A stretch of DNA of 32,000 bases from Vibrio cholerae ATCC 14035 (GCF_000621645.1 NZ_JHXR01000001.1:360001-392000), one strand, 5' to 3'. Counted from the first letter of the stretch, positions 19,826 to 26,720 are shown. A program made the numbers and translations. The notes: generated by a model from the letters alone, not told the origin.

Positions 19826-19954
19826 CTCTCCTTGCTTTAAGTGGTTGCGGTGTTAGCTATGCTTCATTTGTAACAATTACACCAATTATCTATCTTGATG
19901 GGAGAGTATGAGTACAACCTCTTGCTCTAACCGTATATACAACTCCAAGTGGTT
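19826..19954 (+). repeat. ERIC/IRU-like repeat, full-length, copy C
   Basis: About 129 bp. 'CTCTCCTTGCTTTAAGTGGTTGCGGTGTTAGCTATGCTTCA...ATCTATCTTGATGGGAGAG...ACAACTCCAAGTGGTT' aligns with copy A and supplies both ends seen in short copy B. Confidence 0.65.
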
Positions 19955-20033
19955 GATAGGCAATTGCACTTAATCAAAAACTATTCAGACATATGTCATC
20001 TTCTTGCAACTAACCAACCTGAGAGGTGTGAAT

Positions 20034-20234
20034 ATGCCAGAGAACAACATTCGTTTGATCCGCTTTCGAGAAGTGCTAACTATGACTGGTTTGTCACGCT
20101 CTAGTTTGTACCGATTTATTGAAGAAAACCAATTCCCGCCCCAAGTTCAACTGGGTGGTCGTGCTGTAGCTTGGGTAGAAGGCGAGGTGCAGGAGTGGAT
20201 TGCTCAACGGATCACCAATCGTCGAATGGATTAG
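20034..20234 (+). CDS. alpA: AlpA-family (MerR-like) prophage/island transcriptional regulator
   Basis: 'IRLIRFREVLTMTGLSRSSLYRFIEENQFPPQVQLGGRAVAWVEGEVQEWI' is the AlpA/phage_AlpA signature. ATG 20034 follows GAGAGG. The upstream extension to TTG at 20004 is unlikely. Confidence 0.85.
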   Translation: MPENNIRLIRFREVLTMTGLSRSSLYRFIEENQFPPQVQLGGRAVAWVEGEVQEWIAQRITNRRMD

Positions 20235-20306
20235 TGAAATCCATTTTAATAATCGTTAAAATATTAAATGATGTTTGATTGAAAAGTTCTCTTATTTTCT
20301 CTCTTA

Positions 20307-20340
20307 GTAAACCAGCTCTCGTTAACGAGAGCTGGTTTAC
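20307..20340. terminator. 15-bp perfect hairpin between alpA and the convergent orphan gene
   Basis: GTAAACCAGCTCTCG-ttaa-CGAGAGCTGGTTTAC. Confidence 0.7.
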
Positions 20341-20348
20341 TTGTGTGA

Positions 20349-21194
20349 TCAATTTTTTTTAAATCTAGATATCGATTCATACTTATTGTTTATCAGTTCT
20401 TCTAGAAGATGATTCTTTTTTATCTCCAATAGGTTAGCTAATCTGTCTAGCTTTCTTCCTATGTCAGTATGCATTTCAAAGGTATATACTTTTTTATTTT
20501 TTAGTTTCATCCTATGTTTTTTCTGAACAGATGCTTTCTTTAGCTTTTCTATAAATTGATGTTTACTCATAAAATTAGGAATGATATCTTTTGGATCCCA
20601 AAGGTCTAGAATTGTAATAATAGAGTAATGAGCTATATCTCGGTCTAACTCGTATGGTAAAAACCATGGGTCGAGTTTGCTTTTCTTAAAGTAGTTAATT
20701 ATCCATTTGGTAAATTCATCATCCTTATTATCAATGATCCAAGTGTAATCTATACCTTTCTCAACATTGCGCCAGGAATTTTTCAGTTGGCCTACAATGC
20801 TTTCCTTTATTTCTATGCAGGTTTTTGATTTGATGAATCTAATAATTCCATTATATATTTCATTTTTATCAACTATCTCCTTTGGGTTGATAACATGAGA
20901 GCTAGTTATAAATGTTTCTTGCATTGAATGTCTGGGATAATGTTCAAATGCTAATATTATATCTTGTTTAAAATTAATTTCATAATCTATCGGTGGGTCA
21001 TACATTAGTTTGAATGTTGCTGTTAACTTACTTTTTAATCTTTCAGAATCAATAGTATGATCAACGATCACTTCCCTTGCTCTCATATGGACAAGGTAAA
21101 TTTTAGACAATAAATATAAACATTGTCGCGTGTTGTTACTATCAATCCAATCTGTTAAATATGAATATTTAAATAATTCGTTAATGTTTGTCAC
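20349..21194 (-). CDS. Hypothetical 281-aa protein, very AT-rich, with a possible C-terminal ribbon-helix-helix
   Basis: Long uninterrupted ORF in DNA of about 30% G+C. I recognise no family. The C-terminus 'KKVYTFEMHTDIGRKLDRLANLLEIKKNHLLEELI' has a beta-strand/helix/turn/helix pattern like CopG/Arc RHH domains. Confidence 0.7.
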   Translation of the reverse strand: MTNINELFKYSYLTDWIDSNNTRQCLYLLSKIYLVHMRAREVIVDHTIDSERLKSKLTATFKLMYDPPIDYEINFKQDIILAFEHYPRHSMQETFITSSHVINPKEIVDKNEIYNGIIRFIKSKTCIEIKESIVGQLKNSWRNVEKGIDYTWIIDNKDDEFTKWIINYFKKSKLDPWFLPYELDRDIAHYSIITILDLWDPKDIIPNFMSKHQFIEKLKKASVQKKHRMKLKNKKVYTFEMHTDIGRKLDRLANLLEIKKNHLLEELINNKYESISRFKKN

Positions 21195-21485
21195 AATGTG
21201 TATTTACGTTGTTTTAATGAAAGTTACATAGTAATTTTTATGAGTTTTACAGTCTTGCTTTTTCCTGTGGATTTGATGGGTTTTGCGGTGTGCATCACTT
21301 ATGGTGCGCTAATGTTTTTCCAGAGTGGCAGAACGTGACATTGTCTCTAGATGTGCATTGGTACAGAAGGCGGGTAGCTAAGGTAATTAGTTCGATTATG
21401 TTGGTATAGTAATATAGGTCTAGTAAGCACATTAAAATAACAAGGTGGTTATCTTCTATGAACAAGTTAACAATAGAGGTGACTA

Positions 21486-22126
21486 ATGAAACGTTTAATT
21501 CAAAATCCAAACCTGACTCTTTTCTATGACGAGAGTTTTTTATCTAATCCTGTCATTAAAGAACATGCTCCATTATGCAAGGAATATTTGATTGCCATTA
21601 AGGATGTTTTGGATATTTCTTTGACTGAATATAGTCGAGTTTACGTTCAGAGAATTGATCTTAGATACCCTAGCTATTATACAGGGCATAATTGTGGCGA
21701 TATTTCTAGTTTTTTTCTTCGTTAAAAGCAAAAATAAAACATGACTTAAAAATAAAGGGTAAGGTTGGTAAATGTACTTTAAGATACGTTTGGGTAAGGG
21801 AGCAATTAAGTTCAGGGAATCCTCATTACCATGTGGCATTATTTCTTAATAAAGATGTTTACTTTTGTTTGGGGGATATTACTAAGGATAGTGATAATTT
21901 TTCTTCAATGATAAAAGCAGCATGGGCAAGTGCTTTAGGTATTGAATACTTTGAGGTGAAAAGTAGTGTGCATTTCCCAAGTAACTCTACTTATTACATT
22001 TATAAGGGGAAAGATCCTTATCAAGAGGAATACCGACAGTGTTTTTATCGCTTAAGCTACTTGGCTAAAATTGATACAAAAATCTATTCGAATGGATTAA
22101 AAAATCTCTCGACTAGTCGAAAATAA
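21486..22126 (+). pseudogene. Inovirus Gp2-family (YagK/YfjJ-like) gene, split by a frameshift in a T7 run
   Basis: Frame A (21486-21725) ends '..GDISSFFLR*'. Frame B is open from 21710 and reads 'FFSSLKAKIKHDLKIKGKVGKCTLRYVWVREQLSSGNPHYHVALFLNKD..' (the 'RYVWVRE...HYH' Gp2-family core). Adding one T to the run at 21710-21716 fuses the two into 213 aa. Confidence 0.8.
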
Positions 22127-22149
22127 AAAAAAGAGGCTCGCCTCTTTTT
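22125..22149. terminator. Bidirectional terminator between the Gp2-like gene and the GTPase gene
   Basis: AAAAAAAAGAGG-ctcg-CCTCTTTTT. Confidence 0.8.
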
Positions 22150-22160
22150 AATGGTTACAT

Positions 22161-23147
22161 TTAAAACCCAAATGTATATCGTAAACCACCGAAAAATAGA
22201 CCAGCGACAGAGCCTACGACTTTACCTAGGATCTCGCCTGGTTTTCCGAAAATAGATCCGATATCGGAGCCAATAGATGCGCCTTGTAAAGTTGTTTCTA
22301 CAATGGCTTCCCAAAGGCTTAAGGTGGTTTTTTTATTGTAATCGCTGGCATCGTTATCTTTCCAATTATCTGCATCATTGGAAATGGTACGATTTGCCAG
22401 CATTACTCGTTTATTGTTTGGTAGTATTTCGACAATGGTATAAAGCAGTTTTGATAGATTGTAAGGCCTCTGGCGATTGACTCCATCACTGTAGCCCGCC
22501 ACAAAGTAAAGAGTCTTCACATTTATCTGTGTGGCTTTATGTATACGTCTTGCTATCGAGTTTTGTTGTTTCTCCAGAAATGCCTTAGCCTTGTCCGTTG
22601 GTAGATTGTCGCTGTAGTTCCATGATTCAGGTCCTTTCAATGCAACGTCGGCTTGATTCACCGCAACGATGAGCCGCTTTTCGGCATCATCGCCTAATTG
22701 CGGGATAACAATGTCATTGATGAGTCTCAATGGTGTTCCCAGATCGCGAGAGCCGCCATCAAGTATCACCAGAACTAAATCAATGGCCAACTGACCATGG
22801 TCATCTCGTTTGTTGAGAAGCTGTTTAATGGCCTGTACGTGTTTTTTATCCTCATCGATCCCATCTCCAAGCCCTGGAGTGTCCCATAGCACGAGATTAT
22901 TTAAGTGGTAACACTGAACAGATTCCGTGTGCGGATCACTATCGATGCCGACTTGGGCAACCGTCATGTCAAATAGGGCGTTTATGGTGGAGCTTTTCCC
23001 AGAGCCTGTGGAACCGGTGATCAGAATATTCAGTGATGCTTTGCGAAGGAGAGATAAGTTACTGAGTAACTTATCTTTCGTGGTTGAATCTAACGAGTTG
23101 CGAAGAATGTTATTTTCTAGAGTCGAGAATAAATCAGTGGTTTTCAT
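22161..23147 (-). CDS. P-loop GTPase of the YfjP/YkfA/YeeP island type, with a C-terminal glycine zipper
   Basis: G1 'GSTGSGKSS', G3 'WDTPGLGD', G4 'VNQAD'. AGAGG RBS. The last ~40 aa, 'GASIGSDIGSIFGKPGEILGKVVGSVAGLFFGG', form a repeated GxxxG motif. Confidence 0.85.
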   Translation of the reverse strand: MKTTDLFSTLENNILRNSLDSTTKDKLLSNLSLLRKASLNILITGSTGSGKSSTINALFDMTVAQVGIDSDPHTESVQCYHLNNLVLWDTPGLGDGIDEDKKHVQAIKQLLNKRDDHGQLAIDLVLVILDGGSRDLGTPLRLINDIVIPQLGDDAEKRLIVAVNQADVALKGPESWNYSDNLPTDKAKAFLEKQQNSIARRIHKATQINVKTLYFVAGYSDGVNRQRPYNLSKLLYTIVEILPNNKRVMLANRTISNDADNWKDNDASDYNKKTTLSLWEAIVETTLQGASIGSDIGSIFGKPGEILGKVVGSVAGLFFGGLRYTFGF

Positions 23148-23253
23148 TGTTGTGGAACCTCTTTCAATGTTGAGATGATGAACTGGGAAATCGCGCCCCC
23201 CCAGAACACGATGATTCTCTTTATGAACCTGTCGGTTTTCTTGATGGAGGTAA

Positions 23254-23700
23254 CTAAGGAGCCGAGGTTAATGAAATATCATCAAAAGCTTCCGTTGCGA
23301 CATAGGCGAGAAAGTTACTCTCCCATAACTGATAGAGCTCTCGCGCATCACGGTTACCTACGATAGGATTCCATCCGTGATAGGCGGTGAAGAAATCCCC
23401 ACGCTGGAAATCAAAATCCAAGCATCGTTCTAGCTCAGGAAAGTGGTTGCCGACATAAGCAAAATCCGTGATGTATTCAATACACCATTGGCCATCACTA
23501 GACTGACTCAGTGCAATTTCTACCGGATGAAAACCGCCATCTTCGGCACTGTAAGAACTGTCTCGAAAGTTCATGACAACCTCTTTGCTGGTGGCCTGAA
23601 CTTCACTTTTTGCTTGATGTTCAGAAAGTATGTTAGCGAGTAGGGCATGAAACGGTTTGGAAATGGGAAGGTGGGTGGGTTTGAACAAAATGTTAGACAT
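23254..23700 (-). CDS. DUF2787-like hypothetical protein (148 aa)
   Basis: Core 'GGFHPVEIAL...WCIEYITDFAYVG' is paralogous to the adjacent 104-aa ORF. The family name is from recollection. Confidence 0.7.
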   Translation of the reverse strand: MSNILFKPTHLPISKPFHALLANILSEHQAKSEVQATSKEVVMNFRDSSYSAEDGGFHPVEIALSQSSDGQWCIEYITDFAYVGNHFPELERCLDFDFQRGDFFTAYHGWNPIVGNRDARELYQLWESNFLAYVATEAFDDISLTSAP

Positions 23701-23750
23701 GGTTATGCCTCCTACAAAAATAAGATTCGATTAAGAAGAATCGCCTTGGG

Positions 23751-24065
23751 TTAGCGAATCATGGTGAGTTGAATATCTTGCAACGCTTGTTTGGCAAGGT
23801 GGTGCTCAAACGCTGCGCACCAACTGCAAAATAGGTCCAACACTTCAGGTTGGGCCAAATCAGCCGTACCGGCATCAGGCTGGTAACACCAACGGTTAGC
23901 AAGGTGAAAGTAGAGCTCGACATCCAACGAGTCATGCCTGTCATTCTGATAAGAAAAACTGGCGATAAACGCGATGAACCACAGGGACTCGTTGTTTTCT
24001 CGCTTGAACTGTATTTCGACCGGATGTAGGCCCTGTCGAGAGCGGTAATAGTTGTATAGAACCAA
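23751..24065 (-). CDS. DUF2787-like paralogue, short (104 aa, TTG start; possibly 5'-truncated)
   Basis: 'QGLHPVEIQF...WFIAFIASFSYQ' aligns with residues ~45-148 of the neighbouring paralogue. There is no ATG or GTG, and an in-frame stop lies 6 codons upstream of the TTG. Confidence 0.55.
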   Translation of the reverse strand: MVLYNYYRSRQGLHPVEIQFKRENNESLWFIAFIASFSYQNDRHDSLDVELYFHLANRWCYQPDAGTADLAQPEVLDLFCSWCAAFEHHLAKQALQDIQLTMIR

Positions 24066-24178
24066 GATAATAATGGATTGGCTTCAAGATAATTCAGACA
24101 AAGATTAGGGATCAGGCTGGATTTTGGCGGATCGATCCCGCTTAGATTGGGATAGGTGTCTCACACATAAAAGAGACC

Positions 24179-24208
24179 ACATTGTGAGACAGAAGTAACT
24201 CACAATGT
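24179..24208 (-). terminator. Hairpin downstream of the repressor gene
   Basis: ACATTGTGAG-N10-CTCACAATGT, a perfect 10-bp stem. On the minus strand a second stem GGTCTC..GAGAC with TTTTAT follows. Confidence 0.45.
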
Positions 24209-24230
24209 AGTATCGAGCAGAACTTAATTA

Positions 24231-24268
24231 AACATGATAATGTTCACACATGGAACACTATGATGTTC
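24231..24268. promoter_or_regulatory. Two copies of the operator-like 11-mer CAYTATNATGT, 3' of the repressor gene
   Basis: 24232-24242 (reverse complement CATTATCATGT) and 24256-24266 (CACTATGATGT). Extended form tGAACAyTATnATGTt. Confidence 0.45.
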
Positions 24269-24291
24269 ATTTGTGATTCTCTATAGGGTGT

Positions 24292-24753
24292 CTACATTCT
24301 AAACCCTAATTGCCTTTTTATTCTGGTTTGCATGTTGATAAAACCCAGAACTTCATATTTTACGGCTCGCTTTAGAGCTTCTACATTGTCCCATGGTTCC
24401 GCTTCTACTCCCTTGTGATGAAGAACACGGTTGTAGATTGTGGCAATATCACCGCAATATGGCTTTGTGCCAGATTCTGCTTCAAATTCCATTTCTATAT
24501 ATTCCATTAAGTTAACACATACCTCTTTTCGGTCCTCTGTTGTCGGCCAGCTATTTTCTTCTCCAGTCAAAAGCCAATTCAAATCGACCCTTAGTGTCTT
24601 ATGAAGCGTAACCAACGCTTCACTTCCAGGAGATTGTTTACCTGACACATAGCTTTGCAGTGAACGATATGGAATCCCAGTAAACTCTGATGCACCTTTT
24701 AATGTTGAGAACTTGGCATCTATAACGCTCTTTAAGCGCTCTGATATAGACAT
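24292..24753 (-). CDS. XRE/cI-type HTH repressor (Mu c-position)
   Basis: N-terminal HTH 'LKGASEFTGIPYRSLQSYVSGKQSPGSEALVTLHKTLRVDLNWLLTGE'. Divergent from the Ner-like gene. The C-terminal ~80 aa are unrecognised and carry no S24 peptidase motif. Confidence 0.8.
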   Translation of the reverse strand: MSISERLKSVIDAKFSTLKGASEFTGIPYRSLQSYVSGKQSPGSEALVTLHKTLRVDLNWLLTGEENSWPTTEDRKEVCVNLMEYIEMEFEAESGTKPYCGDIATIYNRVLHHKGVEAEPWDNVEALKRAVKYEVLGFINMQTRIKRQLGFRM

Positions 24754-24778
24754 AAAAACCTCAATAAACTACTTGCAA

Positions 24779-24816
24779 TGAACATTATAATGTATATATT
24801 AGTCATTATGATGTCT
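24779..24816. promoter_or_regulatory. Operator/promoter region of the repressor / ner-like switch
   Basis: Two same-orientation copies of the 11-mer, CATTATAATGT (24783-24793) and CATTATGATGT (24804-24814), 21 bp apart in the 89-bp divergent intergenic region. Confidence 0.55.
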
Positions 24817-24842
24817 AAGTGATATAGCGGAGTAATAAGTTA

Positions 24843-25079
24843 ATGCTTGAATATGTTTCAGTCAATCAAATTGACCCAGGAAAAGAGCTTTACAACAAAG
24901 TAAAAGCTGGATTCATCATCAAAGGGACAACATTGGGCGCTTGGTGTAGACAATCAGGCGTAAAGCAACAAAACGTTATGTCCTGTCTTATCGGGTCTTG
25001 GGATGGTCCAAAAGCAAAATTGCTAAGAGCTAAAGTCATTCATGAATCAGGAATTGTTGGAGATGAATATGGAAAGTAA
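24843..25079 (+). CDS. Ner/Nlp-like small DNA-binding protein
   Basis: 78 aa. 'VKAGFIIKGTTLGAWCRQSGVKQQNVMSCLIGSWDGPKAKLLRAKV' parallels Mu Ner / E. coli Nlp ('..AGLKKRG.SL..LSR..G....TL.NAL.R.WPKGE..IA'). Confidence 0.6.
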   Translation: MLEYVSVNQIDPGKELYNKVKAGFIIKGTTLGAWCRQSGVKQQNVMSCLIGSWDGPKAKLLRAKVIHESGIVGDEYGK

Positions 25080-25404
25080 GAAAGAAAAAGATGCATTTCT
25101 GAAAATTTCCAGAATCCTGTCCACATTAAATGTGTATCAGGCGAATTCTGTATTAAATAATATAAATCAACAAGTTAGGATTTAATCAATTGAATCGAAC
25201 GCCACAAAGACAAGTCGTAAAAACAAATTAGAACGTGACCGTGAACTGTACGAGTTCATTTTAAGCCTAGATTTGGATTTCCTGACCCAAAAAGACATCA
25301 GGATACTTTGTATAGAAAAGTTCGGTGCGGAAAGAAGCCCATCAAGAACTGGCTTAAGTCGGGCACTAAAAAAAATTCAAAATCAGAAAACGTATTTGAG
25401 GTAA
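25069..25404 (+). pseudogene. 111-codon reading frame interrupted by one in-frame TAA (25183-25185)
   Basis: ATG 25069 (GGAG 6 nt upstream, overlaps the ner stop) gives 38 aa, 'MESKKEKDAFLKISRILSTLNVYQANSVLNNINQQVRI', then TAA. The same frame continues for 72 codons, 'SIESNATKTSRKNKLERDRELYEFILSLDLDFLTQKDIRILCIEKFGAERSPSRTGLSRALKKIQNQKTYLR', and ends 4 nt before the next gene. Confidence 0.5.
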
Positions 25405-25408
25405 AGCA

Positions 25409-25741
25409 ATGACAAACGTACGGGACACATCAAATACATGCCAAATGAAATCAACGACCATCGCCTTGGTCATTTTAGAAACATTATTTGAATACGGCAT
25501 TAAGGGCGCAACTTTTCGAGATATCGGATTTAAAACACAGATCCCAAGAGCAACACTGCATCGGTACTTAACAGCACTAGTTGATGCTGGTTGGGTGGAG
25601 GCATGTGGAAGTAAACAGAATATGGTTTGGAAACCATCAAATCATTTTATCAAGTTAGCTTTCACTTATCGTAACGCCGTTCGCGCAGAAGTTGATCGCA
25701 TTGGAGCTGAATTTAGAGAGTTAACAGGAGAGGATTTATAA
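25409..25741 (+). CDS. Small winged-HTH protein (IclR-N-terminal-like)
   Basis: 'LVILETLFEYGIKGATFRDIGFKTQIPRATLHRYLTALVDAGWVE' resembles the IclR/MarR-type wHTH. GAGG RBS. Confidence 0.6.
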   Translation: MTNVRDTSNTCQMKSTTIALVILETLFEYGIKGATFRDIGFKTQIPRATLHRYLTALVDAGWVEACGSKQNMVWKPSNHFIKLAFTYRNAVRAEVDRIGAEFRELTGEDL

Positions 25742-25742
25742 G

Positions 25743-26714
25743 ATGTCCGATGAACTGAAGCAATTAATGACCGCTCAACAAGCATTGAGCGATGCGCAAG
25801 AACTGAATGCCGCTGAAGCATTAACGATTTCTCAAAGTGAGGGAACAAAACTTGGTGAAGCCGTAGACTTGGGTGCTCTTTTGGGGCGTGCTCAGATGGC
25901 CGAAAGACTGTCAAAAATTACCGACGCCGTGAGTTTGAGTACATTGAAAGAAATCAAAGAGTCTAAGAAATACAAGGCTTTAAAAGGAATCACCTTTTCA
26001 AAAAGCTCGACTGTCGGCAGTAATTTAGTTGTTCTAAAAGGCACTTGGGAAGAGTTTTGTGAAATCTATGGCAGTTCAAAATCAACCGTTGATGAACGAC
26101 TAAAAAATTTAGACGTATTTGGTGCTCAGGCTCTAGAGTCAATGAGCGCAATAGGTATGACTACCAGAGACTTACGCCGACTTCGCCAACTGCCTCAAGA
26201 AGATTTGACCGCTATTGTTGAGGGTGAAGTGGTTAAAGTTCAAGACCGCGATGAAGCCTTGGAAATCATTGAAGAGCTGTCGGCAAAACATCGCCAAGAA
26301 AAACAAGCTCTGCAATCCGAAGTCACTAAGTTGACACAAGAAAAACAATCTAACGAAAGGCTGCTAGCGGATAAAGATAAGAAGATTAATGACTTATCTA
26401 AGAAACTCGATACGCCGCTTTCACCAGCACAAGCGCGCCAGAAAGAAGAAGAACTCAACAGCAAGTTACTCGATCAATTGAACGTGGCAACTCTGGCCGT
26501 CGATAGTGGTTTGGCTCGTCTGTTTGATGCGATTCAAACGATTCATGACAACCCACATCCGACCGATATTGATGCTGCTTGTGAAAATGCGTTGTTCCAT
26601 ACCCTAGAGCGACTCCTCGCTTTATCAGCAGACTTAGGGATTAGTGCGCACGTGCTTAGTCATTTAGAGCAATGGCATGCAGAAAATGGCCTGTTCTTGG
26701 GTAACGAGGGCTGA
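25743..26714 (+). CDS. Hypothetical 323-aa coiled-coil protein with a putative central HTH
   Basis: GGAGAGGA RBS. 'TWEEFCEIYGSSKSTVDERLKNLDVFG' looks HTH-like. It is followed by a long heptad-rich segment, 'RQEKQALQSEVTKLTQEKQSNERLLADKDKKINDLSKKL'. Confidence 0.7.
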   Translation: MSDELKQLMTAQQALSDAQELNAAEALTISQSEGTKLGEAVDLGALLGRAQMAERLSKITDAVSLSTLKEIKESKKYKALKGITFSKSSTVGSNLVVLKGTWEEFCEIYGSSKSTVDERLKNLDVFGAQALESMSAIGMTTRDLRRLRQLPQEDLTAIVEGEVVKVQDRDEALEIIEELSAKHRQEKQALQSEVTKLTQEKQSNERLLADKDKKINDLSKKLDTPLSPAQARQKEEELNSKLLDQLNVATLAVDSGLARLFDAIQTIHDNPHPTDIDAACENALFHTLERLLALSADLGISAHVLSHLEQWHAENGLFLGNEG

Positions 26715-26720
26715 TCCACG

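Noticed and set aside
19699-19911. 70-aa ORF in the island junction.
   Set aside because: It runs straight through the ERIC-like repeat, has no RBS, and its sequence looks non-protein-like.
21295-21510. 71-aa minus-strand ORF overlapping the start of the Gp2-like gene.
   Set aside because: It lies in the divergent promoter region, has no RBS, and its AT-rich sequence yields a chance ORF.
23204-23210. C7 (G7 on the coding strand) homopolymer between the DUF2787-like gene and the GTPase gene, considered as a phase-variation tract.
   Set aside because: It is intergenic and short, and it is not positioned between -35 and -10 elements or in a coding frame. Nothing in this single sequence shows variability.
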